Below, in pieces: positions 12,589 to 26,471 of a stretch of 64,000 nucleotides of DNA. Source of the stretch: Zygnema circumcarinatum SAG 698-1b (Eukaryota; Plantae; Zygnematophyceae). The DNA is taken from positions 2,108,001-2,172,000 of the forward strand of contig CM074808.1 in the NCBI GenBank assembly GCA_037447605.1. The letters run 5' to 3'. The translations under genes and the position numbers were made by a program. The notes beneath the pieces were generated by a model. That model had not been told where the DNA came from and ran no database searches. It saw only the letters and a list, made by a program, of their open reading frames with translations. Numbering within the stretch: position 1 is the first letter of the stretch; each line of letters starts with the position of its first letter.

Positions 12589-14024
12589 AGCACCTTCCAC
12601 ACTCACTTCCGATCCTCCAAATGCCCCCCTATACCCTTCTTCCCGCCCGAAGATCAGCGGCGGAGTGACACCACCAAGGCCGGGCTCTGCAGGGCTGATT
12701 CCTGGACCTCTCCTTCCTGCTCAGGCAGGACGCAGGGCGCCGGCGAGGAGAGAAGCGTGCTCCGTGCAGATGATGCCTGCAGCGGCCATGGCCGGCTGTT
12801 GGGGAAGGTCCGGGCCCCTAGCGTCGCCTCGGCCCGCCCTGTACGGCGAGCACTGTACGGACAGCCCCATTCCTTTTGAAAAGCTTGCTTTGCTTTGAAC
12901 GTAGTCACAACATTGCTAGTTATTTGGAGCTAGCTTTTAGATAGTTTTAGTTTACAAATTAGTTGCGTTATTAGTTATTCTTCCTTTCCTCTTGCCTTCT
13001 CTCTTAGAAATAATCAAAGTTATCAGTTATAATAATGCTTGTGCAGGAGTCGTTTGGCAGGCATATGCATTTCTGCTGAGGGCTGCATGTGGCTGCGAAG
13101 GCCAGGGAAGGGTGTGCTTCAAGAGCCAATATTCTCAAGAGATCGCTGACTTGTACATCAGTAGTGGATGTATACAAAGCCAAGCAAACCATACAATGAT
13201 GTCGTGGACAAATAAAGGTAATTACTCAACCCCTGCACTGCACCCACCCACTGCACAATCTGCATTGGGGGCCGCAGCAGCCCTAGTCGCTCACATCGAT
13301 GTTGCCATACACTTAAGCTGCCGCGGAAAACAGTGTGTCCCGCATGGCAATCAATTAAATTGCAAGGATGAGCAACATTGATATTTGAATAACATATCTC
13401 GTTTGCTCCTATCTACTTCTTGAAATTGAAGGGCTTCCTGATGCTTCACAGGATAGCAAAGTGTTTGCCTTCCTCCATAACTACGTGGCTCACTGAATGA
13501 TCCCTTTGGGAGTGAAGCACTACTCTCACAGCCATGTACACTTCCGGCAGAAAGAATTGATACAAGGTTGGGCAGACACATCCCTAATGTCTCCGTCTAT
13601 CTACAAACTGTCTGTCCTGTCTGCTCCCACTCTCGCCGTTGTCCGGCGGAAATGAAGACACATCTGCAGGCAAGCTACGACAGCAATCAGCGCGAAGAAT
13701 GGACCGACAGAACAGCAACAAAGTCATGGGACTACAGGCAGCACAAGGGTCATGAGCTGAGCTCTAAGACATGCCATAATCCAGTTGAGAAACGCGTGGA
13801 TATCTGCTGCAAGTCCCTGGGCGCAAACTCGCTTGCTATTAACGATCGCATCCTGACAAAGAACTTTGTCAGGCATTTCTACATTCTGTTAGAGAGATGC
13901 CACATTTCAACGCGAATGGTGGAGAAGGCCGATCTGTGTGCGGCGATACAATCCGCAACTCTTAAGTTGTTTGATAGGGCACGAGAAAAAAATCGGGGTA
14001 GACGAAAGAACGGGAAAGGCTTAC

Positions 14025-16949
14025 CATGGGGAGACTTTTCTGAATTGACTCAGCACTGGATAAATGTTCTCGAACGCTTGATAAATCTCATCCCTCACCT
14101 GCAGAGAGACATCAGACATGACGTGACAGCAACATGACGGCATTCATCAATCAGTGCGCCGACACAATCATACCCCCTTGAGGCCCAACTTCGCATCGAT
14201 GGGCATTCTTGCAAAAACAAAACACTTAAAACTCGGCACTTTTGCTGGAAAAGTACAAACTCATGTACATGGCTCATAGGGCAATCTAACGTGTTGCACA
14301 AAGTGCTTACTTTTGCTCCTGTCAATACGATCTTTCCTGACACGAAAATGAGGAGAACAATCTTGGGCTGCTTCATTCTGTATATCAACCCGGGAAAAAG
14401 CTCCGGTTCATACTGCACAAATTACAAAACAAAGGGAAGATTAAGGGAAGAACAAATCTCCAAACTTTTAAAAACATCTTGCATACCTTTAACTCTAATT
14501 TCGCATGAGCCTCTAAATGGCTGAACTTCTCAGGGACAATATTGAGGAGCTTATTGCCACTATTTACAACATCTGGATTGGCTCCGTGGTTTGTGCAGTC
14601 CTGGATCAACCCTCTGCCGCAAACTACGCAAACCAAAAATTCAGAGTGAGAGAGCCTACACTTGAGAAATGTTGATGAGCGATTTGGAGTCCCTCCAATC
14701 GAATGGGAAATTTCACATCACACGAACCAACAATGTTCTGAATCTTGAAGTCCTGCAATCATAAAATTCCACTCGGTCAAATAACTCCACAGGAAAAAGA
14801 GGATTTCAATCTGAAGCCGCATTGCTCAAATCTCGTGGTAGCCAGAACCCTCAACCTGGGACCTCTGTAATCTACAACTCCTATCTTATCTAGCTATGTT
14901 GCTTCTGTCTAGTTCATAAGGGTACCTACCTGAAAACTCTTCTGTATTTCACAACATCATTATGGATAAGGAGTTCAAGAAAAGCAGGGCAATCCCATGA
15001 ACAAAGCAAAAAAGATGCTGCGACAAATCTTCAAGGGACAACCTGTCTCCTGTCTTGCTTAATCCAAATGGACCATGTACTATCATATGGTCAGCACATC
15101 TGGACACGATCAAAGAGCATCAAGAGGCATATAGTTCAATCTGCGTAAGACATTCCATACCCTGCAGAAAGCAGAGAGTAAAGTAGTAGCGTACATAGGC
15201 GAGGATACAGTAGTTGCACTACTCTCAGATGACAAACAACAAACAACAAATCAGGCAAGAGGGCAGGTAAAGCTTTCCCACCTTGAATGTTACTGCGTCC
15301 CCGTATCCGACCTTCTGGACAATACGTGCATACTGCAAAGAAAAAAGTGAAGATGCCGCCTAACAGTGAGCAGGCAGCCAAGCATGTAAGCTTGATCACT
15401 ACTAGTAAAGTCAAGAAGAGGCCACCAACTCGTGTTCGCACAGAAACATAAAAAAAGCGATTAAAGGTTCAAGTCGTTTGTAACTGATCCATTTGCCTAC
15501 GAGCCTACACATACGAGAGGCACCACATCAGCAGCATCTTGCAACTTGGAGTTCATGCTAGCAAGGGAAAAGTTATCTCACCCTTCGTGCTGCTTGCCGG
15601 GACTGCTCTTCACTTTTTGCTCCCGTGCATACCTGGCTCAATGCAAAAACAGTAACAATTTATCAAACAATCCATGTCCACATCAACAAGGCTGGGAGGC
15701 AGCTCTGATTCATCGGAATGCGGTAGGATCGCCGAAACCACTAGTTGTCATGGAAGCTTCATAGACTGCTTCACCTTCACCTGGATCCAAATAAACACCT
15801 TCCTGTCTGCTATTGTGGAAGTTGCACAAGAGTCAACTGAGATGGAAAGACACCTACCATCTTTCCAGAAGCAAAAATGAGCGCGGTAGTTTTGGGTTCC
15901 CGAATTCGAATAATGACAGCAGCAAAACGCTGAGAAAAAAGGTTCGTGCGAGAGTCAGGAGACAAGTTTGCAGTCTGTATGGCCAACATACTGCTGAGAC
16001 ATACATCCATGCTCTAGTAAGATGGGTACTCTATAGGGAGACCAACAGCCGTGCTAATGTATACATCAACACTGACATCGCTGTCCATGGAAAATGGTTC
16101 ACTTTCAGGATTTCTCTTCTTATGAGAGGTAACTGCTGAAATTGCACAGCCTAATCATTGCAGCCACCGCAACTGGGACTACGTCAACGTGAGATTAGCC
16201 AACTGGCAATATTCTCAGTTATGCAACAGAGAAAAAGTCACACCTACTGGCACGCCATTGAGATGTGATTTCAACTAAGGATGTCAAGCTTGAGTGCATT
16301 CAAGCCAACACCAAACCGTGCTGATGTAGCCCTTGCACTCACCTTAGGGTTGTACTCTGCGTTACGCGCTTTCAATGCAATTAGTTTCAGGTCAAGCTTG
16401 CAGTCCATGTTCACTGTCGACACGATATTCCTGAGTGATGTCCGTGACCCATCAGAAGCATCAGTCTGCGGAATTCTACTTCGCGTGTGTTCAACTTTCA
16501 GGACAAATTGCTGTGGATGGCACAGCAAGCAGAGACCATGCTTGAAGAGGACACGGAAACATCGTTTCCCACACACCGCATCGCCGCAGAGGCAGATGTG
16601 AATTCCATCACAAATTAGACAACTGCTACATGCTCCAAAACCCTCGAGACTAACCACTTTTGACAGTCTAGGTATTTCATGCAGAAAATCCAAGATAGCG
16701 GAGCTCAATTACTATTCTTTCCAAACATCCCAAACGCATGGGCATCCTGAAGTAGACCATGCATATCATGCATGGCCGACATGTATGTCAAAATTGACTC
16801 GCAGCAGGTGAATCTCATGACCAGCATACCACAAGCAGCATGTCACAAACCCACATACTACGCGCAGAAAAGTAGGCCCCGAGCCCTTACTGCAAAGTGG
16901 GCACAATCCCGGACGGGTGCTTCTGAAGGTCGACCTCCCCTTCAGCCAT
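14025..16949 (-). CDS. TBP: TATA-box-binding protein (short final exon below 14025 not located)
   Basis: Exons encode [20 protein letters not shown] / [29 protein letters not shown] / [24 protein letters not shown] / [17 protein letters not shown] / YARIVQK / [22 protein letters not shown] / [34 protein letters not shown] / [21 protein letters not shown]. Confidence 0.96.
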
Positions 16950-17300
16950 GACCGCCCGAGATACGCCCTACGCGTGCTGGCAGATACCAGGCACAGACTC
17001 TCTCAAAGCGGGAGATGGAGAGATGCAGAGATGGGAGACGGGCGGGAGGAGGAGGCGGAGGAGAGGCGCCCTCCTGGGTAGGAGCAGCGGCTCGAGCGAA
17101 GGGAGGGAGGCGGAGGGGGCCCTTATAAACGGACGGCGGGGGGGTCCGTTTTGGGCCAGGAACGTGGACCCCATTTGGACCCGTCCCAAATTGCAAACTG
17201 ACTTTTGGAAAATGCTCCAGTTTTCGGATATATATACTGTATAGGGAATTCCTATTTTCACACCTTTTTGTCTAGACACACATCTTTTTTTAAAACCCGA

Positions 17301-17619
17301 TACAGGCTACTCACGTTATAGTGACATTGTTTATAATAACAACATGGATATACTGACGTTTTTTTCAGGGAACGGAATTGCACCACTGCAGATCCTGCGC
17401 CAGTAGTGACGCCATTACGGATATAATGACTTTTGATAAGCCCTAATTGTTCCTATATATTCAAAATCTCGATATTATCCACTCACGTATCGGAATATAT
17501 GTTACAAATATATTACAACCGTATACATAATCGACAAATACCGTCATATATCGAATTGACCGTACACATCAACTTGACCGTGGGGACCGACACGGTCACT
17601 ATAACGTGAGTAGCCTGTA
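17301..17619. mobile_element. Non-autonomous Tc1/mariner-type MITE (315-bp element plus TA TSD)
   Basis: Perfect 23-bp TIRs CAGGCTACTCACGTTATAGTGAC (17303-17325) and GTCACTATAACGTGAGTAGCCTG (17595-17617), each flanked by TA. The interior is AT-rich and non-coding. Confidence 0.85.
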
Positions 17620-17729
17620 CCCTAACAACGCTAAATAAAATCTGACCGGTGGAAAAGGGTGTGTGTATAGACAAAAAAGTTGTGGAAATAGCACTTCCAT
17701 TATATATATTTCTAAAGCTGTTCCATATG

Positions 17730-17749
17730 TGACGTCATTAATGACGTCA
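17730..17749. promoter_or_regulatory. Perfect double TGACGTCA palindrome (as-1/ocs-like bZIP site geometry)
   Basis: TGACGTCA-TTAA-TGACGTCA: two 8-bp palindromes 12 bp centre to centre, and the whole 20-mer is palindromic. Function is inferred only. Confidence 0.5.
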
Positions 17750-18827
17750 TATTTTGTAGTTGTATCCCTAACCCGGTTTTGTGCCGTACGGCTGCAACGG
17801 ATGAATAGCAAAGCCGCCCTTCACGGCAAACTCCGCCTCCTTACAAAAACTAAAAACCAAAAACCAGGTTTGCGGTTACCGGATGGGTGTTACACTGCTA
17901 CTGCGTGTACATTCCTAACCTATAAAAATCTCCTGTCTTAAAATTCAAGATTCATTTACTTTTTGTGAGGCAGGCCTCTCAAATGTTATGTGCTGCTGCT
18001 TCTGACCTCCTCTATTTGCCATGCCATTTTTTAAGGCTCACTCGTCTCGTTTTTGTTACCACAGAGTCTTCAAGCATGGGCCTGCCGTCTTCCTTTTGGT
18101 TGTCTCGGTGCTTAAAGATTGGCGGTAGCTGATACCCTATGCTTTTGTTTCTGAATGGTTGCATATTTGATGGAGTTGGCCACTAAGGTGAAGGGATAGA
18201 TTCCGAAATGTCTCTGTGAAGGCTCATGTAGGAGGTCAAGTCCGTCTCGTGGCCCTCTGATCCAGGAATACTGGTGAACAACGCAAACAACCCCTGTATT
18301 TTCGACTGTGTCAAAATGACAGGACGGCGAATGTGCCAGCCCCCAAACCCGTCATAAACGCCATGTCATGCAGGAGTGAACTATGATTCAGGTTCCCCTT
18401 ACAGGAGACATACCGCCATGCTATGCTTGGAACGAAAAAATGGAATTACATAAAAGAACTGGACAGCAGCTTACCCGAGAACCTATGCGCGCTTCTAAAC
18501 TTGGAAGTGAATAAGCAAAACTTCTGATGTCCGAGTCTGTCATGTGAGCGTCCTGCCCAAGGGGACAGGGACGCGAAGACGGGTCCTGACATAGTTTGCT
18601 TGCAGAAGGGGCAGGCAGGACTTATTGACTCACTAGTGACAGTGCCTGCCCAAAGGCCAGCTCGCTCCAGCTGTCATGAGGACTCGAGGACAAAAGGCCG
18701 CTGGGTACAACCACACTGCGGACAGTTTTTCGCAAACGTTTCAAGACTTTCTTTGGACGATACCCTTCAGAAACTTCTCTACCTTGCCCATCATCCATTC
18801 AAGTTTCAGGGATCCCTTTCCCAAGAC

Positions 18828-20848
18828 CTACCAACCCCGCGAACTGAGAGCTGTTACCAAGGATCCCAGTGTCAAGTCAATTGTCGTGTTCCAATGTCGG
18901 ACCATCTGCTCTTGAGCTTTTTTTCCAAAGAGAGGGGTTGGCGGCTGCACATATCCACTTGGCATTGGCGTTATGCACTGCTGCTCATATAGCTCTACGA
19001 TACAGCACACCATCAATCACGGCAACCCTCTCTCACTACGAGCAAACAACCACCTTCCACAACGACCCCATGGTTGGGGCCTTCCTCTCGCTCCCTCAAA
19101 GGTTTACCACCACCTCGTTGCACTATCTTGATTTGGACCCTCGAACAAGCCACATAAGGATCGAGGCTATTTCTCCGGCTTCACAAAGAAAACAATGTTC
19201 ATGTGCTCCGCTTAAGTAATCTCATGACAGAGTAGAGTTCCAACGACGAGGAGCTTCACAATACGAGAGTTCATGCAAAGCTTGAACATCACCTGTGGTG
19301 AAGCTGCTGGTGGAAGGGTGTGGTTGCTCAGAGCATCTGCTGCGACACCAGTCGAGCGCCACAGCAGGCGCTTTGTGTGCAGGTACGAGGCAGTGCCGAC
19401 CACAAGGCCCATCGCAAAGCCCACAAACCGTTCCTGTAACATGTTGGAAAAACAAAACATGCGTTGTTGATGACAGATCGATAGTGGGTACACACGATAG
19501 AGGGCAGAAACTCCATAAAATCGTTTTCGTCTCCAACGTAATAATGACTCAGAAATTGTATTCATCTCTAATCTAATACGGCTATAAATTCATTTCATCT
19601 CTGATTCAATATAGATGAAAGAGTGATTTTTTTAGAATCTATCCATTCCCAAAACCCTAGCGCATATATACCAAAAAACTCCACAAGTAAAAACTGGGCG
19701 GCAGTGGTAACAGTTAACGATGATGCAGAAAAAAGAAGGAATATTTTCTCACATTCGAAAGTCATTGTCCAGCCAATGATATTTCCCTACTACGATGAAA
19801 AGAATGGAGGGGAGGAATATCGACTGGAATAGTGCTGGGACAGCCGTGGAACTTTCTCATGGGACTCACTTCAGCTTTTATGGGAGTATGCGAAGTTTGC
19901 AAGAAGTTGGATATTGGTCAAAGTTCTTGGCATGTATAATTCCTATGTGCCGAGCCTCAAGGAGGCTCGATTAGTGGGACACATGGAACCGCAAACTTTT
20001 AGAAAGCAATCCATACTATTGTGCAAAAGATATGCTAGACACTCACCCGCCCATACTCCACGTATGCAGGTTGAGCTGCGCATAGTCAGTATAATACGCG
20101 ATAGACTTTAGATATTAGACGCCCTTCCTATCTAATCTACCTGAAAGCAACAATTTCAACACAAGAGCAATGGACCACGGCTGGACACTAAATTTTTGCA
20201 ATGGAACTTGAGTGAGGGGCCAAACAAAAGCATTCACATTATCACCTATGGACAACCTATCGCTCCTAGGGTTCACACGCTTAGTTCAAACCTCTTTCAA
20301 AATCTCCTGCTTCCAACTTACAACCTCTCCATAGGCGTCGTTGGCTTCAAAGACTACATTTATGCACTGTTTTCTCGTAAAAACTAACAGTTATCGTTGA
20401 GGCCTTTGCTCTGCTCTAAGGAACAAGGTAGGTCGACGAGTGATATTCTCTTTGTAAAGGCATTGTCGAACTGCTTAGGGTAGTCTTAGGGTTCACAAGT
20501 CCAGCCATTTGTTTTAAGGCTTAGAGAAAAATATATGTTTTCCTTCGTATACAGCTTATCTTCAGAATGCATCATCAGCGACGTCTCTTTTCCTTTTTTT
20601 AATTTTTTTCTTGATGGTTATTCGAAGATACACAGGACCTAAACACAGCCTCCGTCTCACACTCTGTCTAAAGGGGAAAGCAAACCTCTACAATATCAAG
20701 TTCCAACGATGAAGCGAAGATTCCCTCCATCTATCACTCGACCCTAACGGAAGACTTCCTCTCTGCGGACGACATTTGCGTTAAATATTATTTCCAGAAT
20801 ACGTTCAAATATGAAGAGCATACATACCTGCGCAACGATAGACGCCAT
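18828..20848 (-). CDS. Small single-pass protein, probably MICOS Mic12/AIM5-like (plant family), 3 exons
   Basis: Exons 20848-20828, 19433-19293, 18944-18828 give MASIVAQ|ERFVGFAMGLVVGTASYLHTKRLLWRS...SPQ|PPTPLFGKKAQEQMVRHWNTTIDLTLGSLVTALSSRGW*. It has an N-terminal hydrophobic helix and a C-terminal W-N motif. The family assignment is from recollection. Confidence 0.65.
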
Positions 20849-21284
20849 GGCGTCACCGAAAGCCCGCTGAGGGCCCCTGCAACGACGTAGAGCTGCTTCT
20901 CCTGAAGCAATCCGAATGCAGCCCTCCCCGAATTTAGAAAGGGAAAATTGTCTAATCGACTCCCCGCAAAACATTTCCGCCATAAATATATTACGAAACT
21001 GGTCCATTCTAAATTATTCACTTCGTAAAATTGTTAATTTCAACGTTCGAAACGTTTTTGACACTGACCTTTGGATCCAGAACATATTGCAAAATAGGGT
21101 CCCACAGCCCTCCCAAGTTCCACAGCCCTCGCAAGTTCCACGAGTGAGTTCGTCCTGAACAAAGTAAAGCTTCTGGAAGGAGGAGCGGCGTGTGTGTGGT
21201 TCAGAGGGCGCCAGCAGCGCCTCCACGGCTAAAAATGCAATAGACTTGCTGCTGCAACGCACCGAGCTGCCTCTGCTCGCAGGT

Positions 21285-23835
<2,551 letters not shown>

Positions 23836-25721
23836 AGATAATTGTATTGGAGGCCTGATTGGATACTTCCTGCTTGGCGCTACCGGTGGAAGAGGTGAGA
23901 TAGGGTGTAATTACTTTTTCTCTGTACGAAGAATTTTGACACGGCTTACGTCCATTATGCGAACTGTACAGAAAACAATAAGAGTTGAAGCTTTTTTGTT
24001 GTAAAATTTTTATTGCGTAATGGCCTGAATGATTCGCTGTTCTAAACTGCCTTTGTTGCGACTACAAATGAGTTCCTGTCACTTGTCTGAAGTTCCAGGC
24101 TAGCTTTGCATGTCTTGCTCTTATTGTGTTTCATCATTTGTTAAGGTGATATAATGTTGTCAACATCAGAGAAGACGGTGGGTGAGAAAGCGGCCATCAT
24201 CAGTCCAAAGTGGGTGAAAGATCTAAGTGAAAGGAATGGTGTGACGCCTGTCCAATGGGGTGCCTTGCAGTCGACGATGAAAGTGCGCCAGGGCTTGGTG
24301 CAGCGCGATGTGTCTTGATGCGAAAAATTGTAAAAAATAAATCTAAGGGTTCAATATGTACACTGTCAGAGGGAAAGGGTGTCATTACCCTGATCTTCAC
24401 TTCTGTCCCTGCTTGGTTTCTCTCTATCTGCACTACATTCCAGCGCCTATGTAAGCATGCCCCTCCTCAGTAGACTGCCAGAGCTCCTTTTCGCCCTCCT
24501 CTCCTTTCTCTCCTTTCCTTTCCTTTTCTCCTTTTCTGTAACTCGCCCTGAGCGCATCCCTGCACAGCCCCTGTTTGGCGGCGCACGGCCTTGGCCTGGT
24601 GTGGCAGCAGCCAGTCGACCTGACATGTGAGGAATAGCTTCTGCTACTTCGGTGACAACCTCAGTCAAGCGTTTGGACCTGCTTGTAGTCGTGGTTTTAA
24701 CAGAATCTCACATCAGTCACGCCTGAACGACTTTTACTCTCATTTTCTGGCTTCGCCACCACCATGGTCCTTGCAGTTATTATGAGATCGCCAGCAAGAC
24801 AAGCAATTCCAAGGGCCTGCCTCGACGATATGGTTAATGGAAAAGGTGTCAAAATACGGCGCCAACGCAACATTTGGTTGCTTCTAATCTTGTCCTTCTA
24901 TGTTCTGCCACTTCAAGGTGGATTGTTTGAGAATCTCAGCTGTTCCTGGAGATGTGCTAGGAAGAGAGACAAAGGGGCAACGAATCCATATGCACTCCAC
25001 GCTGTTCATCACTGGAGGCACTGTCATGGCCATCATGCGTGGCTGGCATCCAACATCGTCACACATCACACGAGCACAAGTATTTGTTTACACCACAACC
25101 CATTATTTTCTCCTTTTCTTTTTCAAAGTACAGGCTTGCCATATTATATTCACTCTGCCCCCCATTCCGCCCTCCATCTCTACGTGTGCTTATCACCACC
25201 GCCTACGCACTACAGAAGCCTCCCCTCCCTCCCTCCCAACAGCTACATATGTACAGCGTCCACCCAACAGCCATGCGGCGGCCGATCACATCCCTCGCTT
25301 CTGCGCATCCCGCCGCCCACAGCCCACAGCCCTAAGCCTGGCCGGTGGCTCCTAGCACGTGCCGCGTCGCGACTGGCGCTTCCCTCCTTCCGCCTCCGCC
25401 TCGACCCCTTCTCCCTCTGCGCCTCCGCGCTGGCCTCGCCGGCCATGGCCTCGCCCTGCGTGCCAGTCGCGATGGCCGTGGAGCTCGCTCTTTGTCTCTC
25501 CCTCTCCCTTTCTCTCTCCCTCCAGCGTGTTCATCTCCAACAACGATGGATGGCCATGGCCATGGCCTCGCCTAGGGCTGCCATGACGGTTGAGGCCCTT
25601 CCCATGGACGTGCTTCTGTCCTTCAGCGCCGCCGCGGCGCCATGGCTTGGATGTCACGTGACGGGATGTGACGTCGGCAGCGAGGGCCTGCAATTCCCCA
25701 GTGGCGGATGCTCCTTCCTCC

Positions 25722-26445
25722 TGTCAGAGTTAGTTCCCCCTTCGGATGTGCCCTCACTCACAGCGGAAGACATTACAGACTGAGAGAACACACAAGGGAA
25801 ACACGCTGAAAAATATGGAGAAAGCTCTCAGGCCTAAAACTCCATTAAATAAAAGGCAGGATGATTACATAGAGTATATTCAGCACTAAGCCTAGCACTA
25901 CTCTTTAAACACCCCCCCCCCCCTTCTCTCGGTTCAACACACAGTCTCTAAACAGCCTACACAAGGCCTGTCAGACACTGTAAACTACAGAGAGTAATTC
26001 TAAGCTAAGCACTAAGCACTATAAATGCCTAAGCACTGAAGGGAGCCGCAGCTCCTCATTCGGCCGCACTCCCACCGCTCCAATAAGCCTCCATGTCTGC
26101 CGCGCCTTGCTCGCTTCGACGCCCGCCCTGGCTCCCGCCCTGGATCCCGCCCTGGCTCCCGCCCTGGCCACCGTATTGTGCTAGCTGGCTGCCCGGCAGG
26201 CCATGTCCTCCGCCCAATGAGCCTGGGAGCTCGCCATTCCTGCGCTGCCTCCTTGCAATTCCTGTAACCCTAATTGCCAAGTGACGGCCCCCGATTGGCT
26301 GCCCCTTCGGCCCAGCCAACCGGTGGTATACCGCACCACCCGCCATACAATAAGCGTTCAGTACTATTGTCCGTACATCCGTACAGTTCGTATACTTCGT
26401 CCAAATCCCACAACTCTCAGCTGTACGGCTATCCGTACGCTGACA
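25722..26445 (-). repeat. 3-prime LTR (724 bp)
   Basis: Matches 30680-31401 except two substitutions and two poly-C length differences. Contains a 12-bp tandem CCCTGGCTCCCG-type repeat of about 4 copies and TAAGCAC repeats. Confidence 0.97.
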
Positions 26446-26456
26446 ATCCCCCTCTT
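26446..26456 (-). other. Polypurine tract
   Basis: AAGAGGGGGAT on the minus strand, immediately before the TGTCA of the 3-prime LTR. Confidence 0.9.
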
Positions 26457-26471
26457 GGGATTTGATGCTGA

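Noticed and set aside
13568-14137. 189-aa plus-strand ORF
   Set aside because: It is antisense to the TBP 3-prime exons/UTR, starts at a non-ATG codon and has no recognisable motif.
20380-20480. Alternative second exon for MASIVAQ (FDNAFTKR...)
   Set aside because: It ends in a stop after 28 codons. Splicing to 19433 gives a coherent family-like protein instead.
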